Shown here: positions 29,968-40,575 of the stretch, piece by piece
How positions within the stretch are numbered: position 1 is the first letter of the stretch
Layout: each line of letters starts with the position of its first letter
From: an uncultured Planctomycetota bacterium
Lineage (GTDB): Bacteria > Planctomycetota > Planctomycetia > Isosphaerales > Isosphaeraceae
Length of the DNA: 64,000 bases
Reading direction: 5' to 3'
Assembly: GCA_963737655.1 (NCBI GenBank)
Contig: CAVTTN010000002.1
Span: 1,056,001 to 1,120,000, forward strand
The notes under the pieces: model-generated
Databases searched by the model: none
Told to the model about the DNA's origin: nothing
What the model saw: the letters and a program-made list of their open reading frames with translations, nothing else
Made by a program: the position numbers and the translations under genes

Positions 29968-31374
29968 TTATCGAGAGACCTCGATCTCGGGTTCGGGCAA
30001 GGTCCGGGCGATCTCGTCCAGGCGATAGCCGAAGCCCGGCCCGGCGAGGGAGGAGAGGTCAATCCGCCCGTCTCGCCGGCGATACAGCCCGGGGTGGACG
30101 GCCGCCTCGGGGGTTGAGGCGTCGGGATAGAACTGCATGGCGTTGGTCTCGATGCCCCGGATCGTCCCGGAGTGGGCCGCGAGCCCGGCGTGGGCGATTT
30201 GCGCCAGCATGGGATTGGTGAGGTCCTGGACCATCAGCGCCATCCCGTGGCCCTTCGCCCAGGCTTGCGACAGGAGCGCCCCGGTCTGCGTCTTGCACGT
30301 CTTCAAGGCCACGCCCGTCCAGCCGAGCGACTTGCCCAGCCTCACCAGCCTCCAGTCGTGGGCGCTCTCGTCCAGGAACAGCGGGACCCGCCGGGAAACC
30401 GCGCGAACGTCGATCCGATTCGCCTCCAGGTCGTAGGGGAACGGCTGCTCGACGTAGAGGAGCCTGGCGAACGTCTCGGGCCGGTCGGCCTTCACGCGAT
30501 CGAGGATGGAATTGACATATTCGGGGTCGGTCACGGTGCAATTGAAGTCGGCGGAGAGGGCCTCGACGCCTTCCTCGGCGGCGATCCGGCCGACCCGGTC
30601 GATCCGGTCGAAGTCCCACTCCGGATCGGTGCCCGTGAGCTTGATTTTCAGGCTGGTCAGGCCGTCCCGGCGGACCCAGTCGCGGAGGAGGACGGGGTGG
30701 CCGTCGTCGGGCTCGTCGCCGCGAAGATCGCCCGGGTCGATCGGGTCTCTGCCGCCGACGAGGTGCCAGGCCAGGAGACTCGTCGGCGGGTTCGGGTCGA
30801 GGAAATCGCCCGGGAACCGGCATTTGAAGCGCCGGGCTTCCTCGGGGTCGAAGAACGCGGCGAGGTCGCGATTCAGGAATGCCGAGTTGTACGATTGATA
30901 GGTCGAAATGCCGAGGAGGGCGCCGAACGCGTCGTGCAAGGCCAGGTCGAAGGCCGAGTCGCAGATCATCGCGGCGAGGAGGGGCATCGGCTCGGCCCCG
31001 GCGCGTTCCTCCCGGTTGAACGCGCGGAGGAGGCCGGGCAGGAGGTCGTCGAGGACGTCGTGGCCGACCTCCATCGGGTGGCCGAACTCGTCGATCGCGA
31101 AGGTCCAGACCTCGGCCAGAATCCGGCAGAACGCGACCATCGCCGAGAGCCGATCGGCCGCGGGGAGCGTCCCCGGCCAGGCCCACTGGACGCTCAGGGG
31201 CGTCTCGCCCCAGCCGACGGCCGAGTGTCCTCGGCGATCCTCGACCGTGAGCTTGACCCGGGCGCAGGTGACCTCGGTGAGCGTCTCCGGGCCGAATTTC
31301 AGGGGCATCCGGGTGCGGACCGGCAGCAAGTAAAGGCTCGCGGCGACGGGTCGAACATCGGTCGGCTTCGGCAT
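29968..31374 (-). CDS. Mandelate racemase/muconate lactonizing (enolase superfamily) protein
   Basis: LKIKL (KxK), ADFN, YVEQP, LDES and ALKTCK metal-ligand pattern. Confidence 0.85.
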   Translation of the reverse strand: MPKPTDVRPVAASLYLLPVRTRMPLKFGPETLTEVTCARVKLTVEDRRGHSAVGWGETPLSVQWAWPGTLPAADRLSAMVAFCRILAEVWTFAIDEFGHPMEVGHDVLDDLLPGLLRAFNREERAGAEPMPLLAAMICDSAFDLALHDAFGALLGISTYQSYNSAFLNRDLAAFFDPEEARRFKCRFPGDFLDPNPPTSLLAWHLVGGRDPIDPGDLRGDEPDDGHPVLLRDWVRRDGLTSLKIKLTGTDPEWDFDRIDRVGRIAAEEGVEALSADFNCTVTDPEYVNSILDRVKADRPETFARLLYVEQPFPYDLEANRIDVRAVSRRVPLFLDESAHDWRLVRLGKSLGWTGVALKTCKTQTGALLSQAWAKGHGMALMVQDLTNPMLAQIAHAGLAAHSGTIRGIETNAMQFYPDASTPEAAVHPGLYRRRDGRIDLSSLAGPGFGYRLDEIARTLPEPEIEVSR

Positions 31375-31503
31375 GGCGGAGGGTCTCCCGAGAGGCCCGC
31401 CATGATCGCCGATCGGCGGAGCCGCGGCCACTCCTCGCCTGCCGGGCCGGTCCGAAATGTGGTACGATCGGACTGAGGGATCGTCCCGAGAGAGGGCCAA
31501 GCC

Positions 31504-32082
31504 ATGCACGAGGTCGCCGTTTTGGATGAGATCGACGTCGAATCCACGCCGATCGACGACAGCGAATCCCTTTATGAGGTCGTCAATGGCCAGAGGGTGG
31601 AGATCGCGCCGATGGCGTTCAAGGGGAGCCTGATCGCGACGAGATTGTCACACGAGATCATGCTCTTCACCGATCCCCGGAGCCTGGGCATGGTCGCGAC
31701 CGAGGCTCTCTTTATCCTCGACAATGAGAGGAACTTGCGACGAAGGCCGGACCTGGCCTTCGTCGCGAAAGAACGGCTTCGGATCGACCTGGAGGACGAC
31801 CCCCCGGCCTGGGACGTCATCCCGAACCTCGCGGTGGAAGTCGTCAGCCCGACGGATCATTTCGTGGACGTGATCGGGAAGATCGGCGAATACTTCTCCC
31901 ACGGGGTCGAGGCGGTCTGGCTGGTCGTCCCTTCCCGGGGCCGGGTCTGGATCTTCGAGGCGATCGACCGCGTGACCATCCGCAACCGAGACGCGGAGAT
32001 CGACGGCGGGGCGGTCCTCCCGGGCTTTCGGTTGGCGGTCTCGGCGCTGTTCGACGGGATCATCGGGCCTCCGAGCCGCTGA
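31504..32082 (+). CDS. Uma2 family PD-(D/E)xK endonuclease-like protein
   Basis: YEVVNG, RRPDLAFV, PNLAVEVVSP, K..EYF..GV..VW, VLPGF. Confidence 0.92.
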   Translation: MHEVAVLDEIDVESTPIDDSESLYEVVNGQRVEIAPMAFKGSLIATRLSHEIMLFTDPRSLGMVATEALFILDNERNLRRRPDLAFVAKERLRIDLEDDPPAWDVIPNLAVEVVSPTDHFVDVIGKIGEYFSHGVEAVWLVVPSRGRVWIFEAIDRVTIRNRDAEIDGGAVLPGFRLAVSALFDGIIGPPSR

Positions 32083-32091
32083 GTTATCGAG

Positions 32092-33225
32092 TCATCCGGG
32101 GCCGAGGCGGGCGAGGGTCTGGACGACCTTCTCGGCGGCGTCGGGCCGGGCGATCCTCAGGGCGTTGGCCTTCATCGCCGCGAGGCGCCTGGGGTCGTCC
32201 AGGAGGCGATCGACCTTGTAGGCCAGCACCGGCAGGTTGTTGCAGCGGATCGCGGCGCCTTCTTCCAGGAGGTGATCGCTGTTGCGTTCCTCCTGGCCGG
32301 GGATCGGGTTGACGACCACGTACACCAGCCCCCGAGACAGGGCCTCGCTGGTGGTCAGGCCGCCGGGCTTGCCGACGATCAGGTCGGAGGCGCCGATGAG
32401 CTCGTCCATCTGGGTGGTGTAGCCGACGACCTTGAACGCCAGGGTCGAGCCGACCGGCAGGCGTTCGGCGCGGGCCTGGAGGTCGGCGCGGAGGTCCTCG
32501 TTCTTCCCGCAGACGGCGATGACCTGGGCCGGGTGGCGGAGCCGGCCGAGGCTCTCCATCAGCTCCTCGACCCGCCCCACGCCGAAGCCTCCGGCCGAGA
32601 CGAGGATCGTCGTCAGGTCCGGCCTCAACCCATGCTTCTTCCTCATCTCCAGGGGGTCGGCCGATCGGGCGAAGGCCGGGTCGATCGGGATGCCCGAGAC
32701 CGTGATCCTCGCCGGGCTCACGCCGAGCTCTTCGAGATGGGCCCGGGTCTCGTCCAGAGCGACGAAATAATGCTCGCAGCGGCGGCAGAGCCACATGGCG
32801 TGGACGTCGAAATCGGTGACGACGGTGGCCTGGCGGCAGTCCAGCCGCTCCTTGTCGCGGAGCCAGGCGATCACCTCGGCCGGGAGGAAGTGGGTGCAGA
32901 CGGTCACGTCGGGCCGGTACTTCTGCAAGAGCTTGGCGAACGGGCGGGTGTTGAGCTTCTCGAAGGCGGTCTTCGTCGGCCGGTTCCTCCAGGGCTTGTC
33001 CAGCGAGTCGTAGAGCCAGCCGAGGACCTCGGGCATGGTGTTGACCATGTCCAGATACGCCTTGGAGTAGAGCCGGCGGAACAAAGGATTGGTGAATTCC
33101 AGGCAATCGACGTGGCGGACCTCCCCGGCCGAGCCGGTCTGGGCGAACGCCTTCTCGATCGCCTGGGCGGCCCGGACGTGTCCGGCGCCGGCGCTGGCCG
33201 AGAGGATCAGGACTTTATTGAGCAT
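32092..33225 (-). CDS. MGDG synthase/UgtP-family glycosyltransferase
   Basis: SAGAGHVRAA, CTHFLP, VVTDFDVH..W, GIPIDP.F, KPGGLTTSEAL, PIPGQEERN. Confidence 0.9.
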   Translation of the reverse strand: MLNKVLILSASAGAGHVRAAQAIEKAFAQTGSAGEVRHVDCLEFTNPLFRRLYSKAYLDMVNTMPEVLGWLYDSLDKPWRNRPTKTAFEKLNTRPFAKLLQKYRPDVTVCTHFLPAEVIAWLRDKERLDCRQATVVTDFDVHAMWLCRRCEHYFVALDETRAHLEELGVSPARITVSGIPIDPAFARSADPLEMRKKHGLRPDLTTILVSAGGFGVGRVEELMESLGRLRHPAQVIAVCGKNEDLRADLQARAERLPVGSTLAFKVVGYTTQMDELIGASDLIVGKPGGLTTSEALSRGLVYVVVNPIPGQEERNSDHLLEEGAAIRCNNLPVLAYKVDRLLDDPRRLAAMKANALRIARPDAAEKVVQTLARLGPG

Positions 33226-33411
33226 GGGCGGACCGGGGGTTTTCTGCCGGGACGGGCCGTCGAGGCGATCTCGGCGATGGGGGGGAAGTGGTCCCGGCGA
33301 TGCCGCCATCATCCCCCGCAATGGTCCTTCGGGCCAGACTCTGCTACAATTGAGCGGAATCTCCCGCCGGAACCTCCCGCCCCACCCGCCGCCCGAGAAG
33401 GTCCCCGACGC

Positions 33412-36212
33412 ATGGAACCCGCCCCGGACCGCCGATCGGCCGTCGTCTTCCTCATCCTCGTCACGATCGCCCGGCTCGCCGCGACCGGATCGACCCTCGC
33501 CGACGAGGCCAGGCCCTCGCCGGCCGACCTCGAATTCTTCGAGGCGAAGGTCCGCCCGGTCCTGGCCGAGCATTGCCTGTCCTGCCACGGGCCCGAGAAG
33601 CAGAAATCGGGGCTGAGGCTCGACTCGCGATCGGCGGCGCTGAAGGGCGGCGCGAGCGGGCCGGCGATCGCGCCCGGAGACCCCGGGAACAGCCCGCTCA
33701 TCGAGGCCGTCCGCCAGTCCGGCGACCTGAAGATGCCGCCCAAGGGGAAACTGCCCGAGGAGGCCGTCGCCGCCCTGACCGACTGGGTCAAACGGGGCGC
33801 CGCCTGGCCCGAAGCCAAGGCCGCGCCGACTCTCGATCCCAGGGCCACGCACTGGGCCTTCCAGCCCGTTCGCAACCCCGGGCCCCCGGCGGTGAAAGAC
33901 GCGGCCTGGCCCAAAGACCCGATCGACCGCTTCATCCTGGCGAGGCTCGAAGCGAAGGGGCTCTCGCCGTCGAGACCGGCCGACAAGGCCACGCTGATCC
34001 GCCGGGCCTCGTTCGACCTGGTCGGCCTGCCGCCGTCTCCCGAGGAGGTCGCCGGGTTCGTCCGGGACGACTCGCCCGACGCCTTCGCCAGGGTCGTCGA
34101 TCGCCTCCTCGCCTCGCCCCATTACGGCGAGCGCTGGGGCCGCCACTGGCTGGACGTGGCCCGATACGGCGACACGAAAGGCTATGTGTTCACCGAAGAC
34201 ATGGAATTCCACTGGGCCTACACCTACCGCGACTGGGTCGTCAAGGCCCTGAACGCCGACGTCCCGTATGACGAGTTCCTCGTCCGGCAGATCGCCGCCG
34301 ACCGGCTCGTCTCCGGCGAGGACCGCCGGGACCTCGCGGCCCTGGGGTTCCTGACCGTCGGCAGCCAGTTCATGAAGAATCGCCAGGACGTCCTGGATGA
34401 CCGGGTGGACGTCACGACTCGCGGACTGATGGCGCTGACGGTCTCCTGCGCCCGGTGCCACGACCACAAGTTCGACCCGATCCCCACGGCCGATTATTAC
34501 TCGCTGTACGGCGTGTTCGATTCGACGGTGGATCCGTCGGTCCCTCCCCTGTTCGAGCCTCCCCCGCAAACCGCGGAATACGAGGCGTTCTCTCGCGACC
34601 TGGCCGCGAGGGAGAAGGCCCTGGCCGCGTTCGTCGAGGAGAAGCACGAGGAGCTCGTCCGCCAGACCAAGACCCGGATGGCCGACTTCCTCCTGGCGGC
34701 CCAGGCCACCGGCCGGCAGCCGGATACCAACGAATTCATGCTGATCGCCGACAAGGGAGACCTCAACCCGGTGGTCCTCGGCCGGTGGCGGCGGTTCCTC
34801 AAGAAGACCTCGGAGGGCGCCGACCCGGTCTTCGGGCCGTGGCACGCCCTGGCGAAACTGCCGAAGGACGGATTCGCCGAGAAGGCGGCCTCGACGCTCT
34901 CGACCCTGGCCTCCGACCCGAAGACGCCGGTGAACCCGGTGATTCTCCGGGCCCTGACCGAGGCCCATCCGTCGTCGTTGGCCGAGGCGGCGGAAGTCTA
35001 CGGCCGGGTGCTCAACGCGAACGAGACGATCTGGCAGGATTACGCGAGGCGGGCGGTCCTGAACGGCTCGCCCGCGACCGCGCATCCAGACCCGGCCCGC
35101 GAGGAGCTCCGCCAGGTCTTCCACGGCCCCAACTCGCCGGTGTTCCTGCCCCCTCGGCCCAATCGCGGCGACCTGACCTTGCTGCCCGATCGCGCCTCCC
35201 AGGGCAAGTATCGGGAATTGCTCAAGGATCTGGAAGAGTTCCGGATCAAGGGCCCGGCGCGCCGGCCCGGGCCCTGGCGGTCGAGGACTCGCCCAACCCG
35301 GTCCAGCCGCGGATCTTCCGCCGGGGCAACCCCGGCAACCCCGGAGATGCCGTCCCTCGACGGTTCCTCGCCGTCCTCTCCACCGGCGAGCGGAAGCCGT
35401 TCCAGGACGGCTCCGGCCGCCTGGAGCTGGCCCGGGCGATCGCCTCGAAGGACAACCCTTTGACCGCCCGGGTCCTCGTCAACCGCTCATGGATGCACCT
35501 GATCGGCAGGCCGATCGTGGGGACGCCCGGCGATTTCGGCCTCCGCAGCGACCCGCCCTCGCACCCCGAATTGCTCGACCACCTGGCCTCCTCGTTGCTC
35601 GCCGACGGCTGGTCGCAGAAGCGGCTCCATCGCCGGATCATGCTCTCGGCCACCTATCAGCAGGCGAGCGATCCTCGACCCGAATGCGCGGCGGTCGATC
35701 CCGAAAACTCGCTCGTCTGGAGGGCGAACCGCAAGAGGCTGGACTTCGAGACGACCCGAGACGCGATCCTGAGCGTCTCGGGGAGGCTCGACCGCTCCCT
35801 CGGCGGCCCTCCGGTGCGCGACATCCTCACGCCGGGCGCCTCGCGACGGACGCTCTACGGCTATATCGACCGCCTGAACCTGCCGAACGTCTACCGGGCC
35901 TTCGACTACCCCGACCCGAACGCCTCGAACGCTAAACGAGACCTCACCACGGTCCCCCCGCAGGCCCTGTTCCTCATGAATCACCCGATCGCGATCGAGG
36001 CGGCGAAGGCCACGGCGAAGAGGCCCGAGATCGCCGCCGAGGCCGACGAGGCGAAAAGGGTCGAGCGGCTCTATCGCCTCCTCTACGGCCGAGATCCGTC
36101 GAGCGAGGAGGTCGCCCTGGCCCGCGAGTACCTCGCCGACCCGGCCGGCTCCTCGTGGGATCGGTACGTCCAGGGGCTTATGATTGCCAATGAGTTCGTC
36201 TTCATCGACTGA
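33412..36212 (+). CDS. Planctomycete cytochrome c + DUF1549 + DUF1553 protein (frameshift near 35260)
   Basis: CLSCHG, HWAFQP, YGERWGRHWLDVARY, CARCHDHKFDP, GSGRLELA, PPSHPELLD, PPQALFLMN. Confidence 0.93.
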
Positions 36213-36225
36213 GGAGGGCCGGGGC

Positions 36226-36477
36226 ATGACGACCGTGATCCTGGAGCACGACGCGAGCAAGCTGGCGAACCTGACCGGGGAGGTCGAGGTGTGCGACCCC
36301 TCGGGCCGCGTCCTCGGGTACTTCCGGCCGAACGTCCCCGATCGTTCGCTCTATGAGGGGATCGAAATCCCCGTGACCGAGGAAGAATTGCAGAGGTCCG
36401 AGCAGGAGATGCGCGAGGGGAAGGGATTCACCACGGCCCAGGTGCTCGACCATCTCAAGGGCCTGGAGGCGCGCTGA
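36226..36477 (+). CDS. Putative antitoxin, copy 1
   Basis: MTTVILEHD...VEVCDPSGRVLGYF...FTTAQVLDHL; TGATG-coupled to the next gene. Confidence 0.7.
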   Translation: MTTVILEHDASKLANLTGEVEVCDPSGRVLGYFRPNVPDRSLYEGIEIPVTEEELQRSEQEMREGKGFTTAQVLDHLKGLEAR

Positions 36478-36740
36478 TGGCCGAGGTTCTCTGGACGCCG
36501 TCGGCCCTGGACCGGCTCGCCACGATCTGGACCGAATCGTCCCGCCGAGAGGCCGTAAACGAGGCGGTGGCACGAATCGACCGGGAACTCGCGGCCGACC
36601 CCGCCCACTCCGGAGAATCTCGCGACGAGGGCCGACGCATCCTGATCGATCTGCCCCTCGGTGTGATCTTCCGACCCGGGCCGGGCGGGGCGTCGGTCAC
36701 CGTCCTCGCGGTCTGGGCAATCCGGCCCAGGAATCCCTGA
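36477..36740 (+). CDS. RelE/ParE-like toxin, copy 1
   Basis: VLWTPSALDRLATIW...IDRELAADP...GESR...V.VLAVW. Confidence 0.7.
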   Translation: MAEVLWTPSALDRLATIWTESSRREAVNEAVARIDRELAADPAHSGESRDEGRRILIDLPLGVIFRPGPGGASVTVLAVWAIRPRNP

Positions 36741-36765
36741 CGAACCTTCCGAGAAGGAGGTGAAC

Positions 36766-37020
36766 ATGACGACCGTGATCCTGGAGCACGACGCGAGCAA
36801 GCTGGCGAACCTGACCGGGGAGGTCGAGGTGTGCGACCCCTCGGGCCGGGTCCTCGGTTACTTCCGGCCGAACGTCCCCGATCGTTCGCTCTACGAGGGG
36901 ATCGAAGTCCCGTCCGACCTGGAGGAACGACTGGGTCGGGCCCGCGAGCAGAGGGAGGCCGGCGAGGGGCACACCCTGGCCGAAGTCCTGGCCCACCTCA
37001 CGAGCCTGGAGTCCCGGTGA
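36766..37020 (+). CDS. Putative antitoxin, copy 2
   Basis: First 47 aa identical to copy 1; RBS AAGGAGG. Confidence 0.7.
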   Translation: MTTVILEHDASKLANLTGEVEVCDPSGRVLGYFRPNVPDRSLYEGIEVPSDLEERLGRAREQREAGEGHTLAEVLAHLTSLESR

Positions 37021-37286
37021 TGGCGAGCGTCCTCTGGATGCCTGCGGCCCTGGGCCGATTGGCGGACGTCTGGACCTCCGCGCCCGATCGCCAGGCCGTC
37101 ACGGAAGCCGTCTCGCGGATCGATCGGGCCCTGGCCTCCGGGCCGACCGTCATCGGGGAGTCCCGAGATCGCGATGAGCGCATCGTGGTCGAGCCTCCCC
37201 TGGTCGCCGTCTTCGCCGTGGGCCCGGGCGGTCAGGCCGCCTTCGTCCTGGACGTCTGGGCGTCCGAGCGACGTCGTCCCCGCTGA
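37020..37286 (+). CDS. RelE/ParE-like toxin, copy 2
   Basis: MASVLWMPAALGRLADVW...IDRALASGP..IGESR; TGATG coupling. Confidence 0.7.
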   Translation: MASVLWMPAALGRLADVWTSAPDRQAVTEAVSRIDRALASGPTVIGESRDRDERIVVEPPLVAVFAVGPGGQAAFVLDVWASERRRPR

Positions 37287-37356
37287 ATCGATCGAGGCCG
37301 CTCGATGGGTGGTCGTCCCGCCGGCATCCCTGAACCTTGGAATCGGAGCCCCCGCC

Positions 37357-38814
37357 ATGACCGACCCGAACGCCCGCCCCGATGACGCCTTCTTGACCCG
37401 TCGCGACGTCCTCCGCCGGAGCGGGATGGGCTTCGGCATGATCGGCCTGGCCGGCTTGCTCGCCGAGGAAGGGTTGCTCTCGACCCCCTCGGCCCGGGGC
37501 GATACCGACCTGCTCCCCCTGGCGCCCAAGAAGCCGCAGTTCCCGGCGAAGGCCCAACGAGTCGTCCATTTGTTCATGAATGGCGGGCCGAGCCACGTCG
37601 ATACGTTCGACCGCAAGCCCTTGCTCGACCAGTACCACGGCAAGCCCCTGCCGATGTCCAACCTCCGCACCGAGAGGAAGACCGGCGCGGCCTTGAGGTC
37701 CCCGTTCTCGTGGGCGAAGCACGGCCAGAGCGGCCTGGAGGTCAGCGAGCTTTTCGCGAAGACCGCCGCCCATGCCGACGACCTCTGCGTGATCCGCTCG
37801 ATGTGCGCCGACGTGCCCAATCATGAGCCGTCCTTGATGCTCATGAACTGCGGGGAGAGCCGCCAGCCCCGGCCGAGCCTGGGGTCGTGGGTCACCTACG
37901 GCCTGGGCAGCGAGAACCAGAACCTCCCGGGCTTCCTCGCGCTCTGCCCCAACGGGTATCCGATCACCTCGACGCAGAACTGGCGGTCGGCGTTCCTCCC
38001 GGGGGCGTACCAGGGCACGTATATCAACACGCAACATCAGGACGTCCGCAAGCTGATCGAGAACATCGAGAACAAGAACGCCTCCCCGGGCCAGCAACGG
38101 CGGCAGCTCGACCTGGTCCGCCGATTGAACGAGGCGCACCTGGACAAACGAGGCCGCGAGCCCCAGCTCGAAGCCCGGCTCCAGTCGTTCGAGCTGGCGT
38201 ACCGGATGCAGTCCGAGGCGGCCGAGGCGTTCGACCTGTCTCGCGAGCCGAAATCGACCCGCGAGATGTACGGCGACGGCATCCACGGCCGGCAATTGCT
38301 GCTCACGCGGCGACTGCTCGAACGAGGCGTGCGGTTCATCCAGGTCTGGAGCGGCGAGGGGCAGCCGTGGGACAGCCACGACGACCTCGAATCCGAACAC
38401 CGCCGGCTCGCGAAGGAATGGGACGGGCCGATCGCCGCGTTCCTCGCCGACCTCAAGGCGCGCGGCCTGTTCGACAGCACCCTGGTGATCTGGGGGGGCG
38501 AGTTCGGCCGGACCCCGGTGGTCGAATTGCCCACGCCGGGCTCGAACGCCGGCAAGATGAACGGCCGCGACCACAACCACTACGGCTTCAGCATGTGGAT
38601 GGCCGGAGGAGGCGCGAAGGGCGGCTACGTCCACGGCAAGACCGACGACGCGGGGTTCTCGGCCGTGGAAGACAAGGTCCACGTCCACGACCTCCACGCC
38701 ACGATCTTGCACCTCCTCGGCTTCGACCACGAGAAGCTCACCTACCGCTACGCCGGCCGGGATTTTCGGCTCACCGACGTCCATGGGAACGTGGTCAAGG
38801 CGTTGATCGCATGA
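37357..38814 (+). CDS. DUF1501 domain protein (Tat signal)
   Basis: TRRDVL, LFMNGGPSHVDTFD, GSWVTYGLG, ERGVRFIQ, WGGEFGRTP, GRDHN, DLHATILHLLG. Confidence 0.95.
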   Translation: MTDPNARPDDAFLTRRDVLRRSGMGFGMIGLAGLLAEEGLLSTPSARGDTDLLPLAPKKPQFPAKAQRVVHLFMNGGPSHVDTFDRKPLLDQYHGKPLPMSNLRTERKTGAALRSPFSWAKHGQSGLEVSELFAKTAAHADDLCVIRSMCADVPNHEPSLMLMNCGESRQPRPSLGSWVTYGLGSENQNLPGFLALCPNGYPITSTQNWRSAFLPGAYQGTYINTQHQDVRKLIENIENKNASPGQQRRQLDLVRRLNEAHLDKRGREPQLEARLQSFELAYRMQSEAAEAFDLSREPKSTREMYGDGIHGRQLLLTRRLLERGVRFIQVWSGEGQPWDSHDDLESEHRRLAKEWDGPIAAFLADLKARGLFDSTLVIWGGEFGRTPVVELPTPGSNAGKMNGRDHNHYGFSMWMAGGGAKGGYVHGKTDDAGFSAVEDKVHVHDLHATILHLLGFDHEKLTYRYAGRDFRLTDVHGNVVKALIA

Positions 38815-38815
38815 T

Positions 38816-38848
38816 TGATGGGGCGTGCGTTTCCTTCACGCCCCATCA
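38816..38848. terminator. Hairpin between convergent genes
   Basis: TGATGGGGCGTG ... CACGCCCCATCA 12-bp stem. Confidence 0.55.
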
Positions 38849-39307
38849 TCTCACCCCCCACTCCCACAACCCGAACGCGGTCTTCTTGTCGATCGGGTGG
38901 CCGGTCTGCTTGAGGGTCCAGCCGATCTGGCCTCGGTGGTGGGACTCGTGCGAGATCAGGTAGCCGAGGAACGCCGTGGCGTGGGGCTTGAACCCCTTGA
39001 TCCTGCCCCCCTCGGCCACGGCCCGGCGGAGGAGGTTCGCCACGGCGCCGCCCGAGGCCGTCAGCGCCGATTCCAACTGGGCCTTGGTGCCGCCGACCTT
39101 CGTCTCGAGCTTCTCCAGCCCTTCGAGCAGTTCCGGCGCCGCGGCCTTCAGCCACATCAGCCGGACGTTGTGGACGTGGGCGAACTGGTCGAAGACCGTC
39201 CGGCATCTGGGCAGGGCCGCGCCCAGGCCGGCTTCGGGCACGGCGTCGAGCAGATATCGGTGGATCCGGTCGTGGATCTGCCAGGTCTCGATCAGGGGGT
39301 CATCCAT
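38846..39307 (-). CDS. DinB family protein
   Basis: FAHVHNVR and HESHHRGQI His motifs. Confidence 0.88.
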   Translation of the reverse strand: MDDPLIETWQIHDRIHRYLLDAVPEAGLGAALPRCRTVFDQFAHVHNVRLMWLKAAAPELLEGLEKLETKVGGTKAQLESALTASGGAVANLLRRAVAEGGRIKGFKPHATAFLGYLISHESHHRGQIGWTLKQTGHPIDKKTAFGLWEWGVR

Positions 39308-39335
39308 CGACGGCGCTCCCGGCTTCGGAACCAGC

Positions 39336-40514
39336 TCAGGTCTTCGCCCGGGACCGCAACGGGGAGCCGGCCCGGCTGGCGGCGGCGAGGATCGCGTCTC
39401 GGAACGCGAACGATCGGTCGCCCAGGGCGAGCTTCACCGTCTTGCCCCTCGAGGTGACGATCGCCAGGTTGTGCGAGTACGTCTTGCTGTTGCGGCTCTG
39501 GACCTTCTCGATGGAGACCTCGAGCGAGACGATCGAGGCCCAGGGAAGTCTCTTGGTCCAGCCCACGTGGTCGAGTTCGAGGCCGTCTTCCTCGATCCGC
39601 AGGCGATACCACGTGTTGAAGATGCTCACGAACCCGACGAGGGCCAGGACCGGCCCGATGTAGCGCATGGCCATCGCCCGGCCGTCGTTGCGGCGATTGG
39701 CGCCGTTGTTCGGAGCGGGGGCGTTCGGGTCGTAGAGGAGCCAGCTCGCGGTGGTCAGCCCGACGAACAGGAGGGTGGTGAAGACCGCCCCGGCCACCGC
39801 CTTTTTCCTCGGGAAGACGATCGGGGCCGTCTTCGAGCCGCCGATCGGCCCGAAGTCGTCGGCGAGGGTCGGGACGGGGATCGCCGCCGAGGCCGGCGAG
39901 CCGGCGAGGATGAGCGCCTCCCAGTCCAGCCGTTGTCGGAGCCGTTCGAGGAATTCGTCGAACTTGCCGTACTGGTTGCTGATCTTCAAGGTCGGCAGGC
40001 CCGGCCGCCCTTCCAGGACGAGCCGGCCCCAGGCGTCCTGGAGGCGGACGGCGGCGATGTCCTCCCAGCCGAGGAATTCCTCGGGCCGACGGCCCTTGCG
40101 GCGGCTGATCCCGCGATCCTCGACCGTGAACCGCTCCGACATCCTGCCGATCACCCACGACAGCCCGAAGGCCAGGACGAGCAGGACGAGGCCCAGGAGC
40201 CACGGCCCCCAGCCGAGCGACGAGTCCAGGATCGCCCCCACCACGAACCCGCCGCCCACGACGACCAGGACCAGGACGAGGCCCCAGAGGATCGCCTTTT
40301 GCCAGGTCGGCGTGCCGATCGTCAGGACCGGCGCGGGCTTCGCCTCGATCGGAGGCCGGGCGGCCCGGCTCGCCGTGGGAGCTGGCTCGGATCGCGAGGG
40401 GGGCGTCGCCGATTCCGTCTTCGGCAGAACCCCCCGGCAGACGGGGCATCGCGAGAGCCCGGCCGGGACTCGGGTGGCGCACGCCGGGTCGGGACAGATC
40501 ACGTAGTCGGGCAT
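39336..40514 (-). CDS. Membrane protein with N-terminal zinc ribbon and two PH-like repeats
   Basis: CPDPAC..CPVC, four TM helices, and two G+....W..I repeats. Confidence 0.65.
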   Translation of the reverse strand: MPDYVICPDPACATRVPAGLSRCPVCRGVLPKTESATPPSRSEPAPTASRAARPPIEAKPAPVLTIGTPTWQKAILWGLVLVLVVVGGGFVVGAILDSSLGWGPWLLGLVLLVLAFGLSWVIGRMSERFTVEDRGISRRKGRRPEEFLGWEDIAAVRLQDAWGRLVLEGRPGLPTLKISNQYGKFDEFLERLRQRLDWEALILAGSPASAAIPVPTLADDFGPIGGSKTAPIVFPRKKAVAGAVFTTLLFVGLTTASWLLYDPNAPAPNNGANRRNDGRAMAMRYIGPVLALVGFVSIFNTWYRLRIEEDGLELDHVGWTKRLPWASIVSLEVSIEKVQSRNSKTYSHNLAIVTSRGKTVKLALGDRSFAFRDAILAAASRAGSPLRSRAKT

Positions 40515-40575
40515 GGGGCGCGGTCCTCGGGGGGCAGGCGACGCCCCTTGATGGGACTCGACGGGACCGGCCGAG

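Noticed and set aside
32092..35463. Very long overlapping ORFs (e.g. 32092..35124 minus, 32272 extension, 41618..44101, 52505..54814, 57832..60567)
   Set aside because: Shadow frames of real genes in high-GC DNA; no recognisable motifs outside the parts already annotated.
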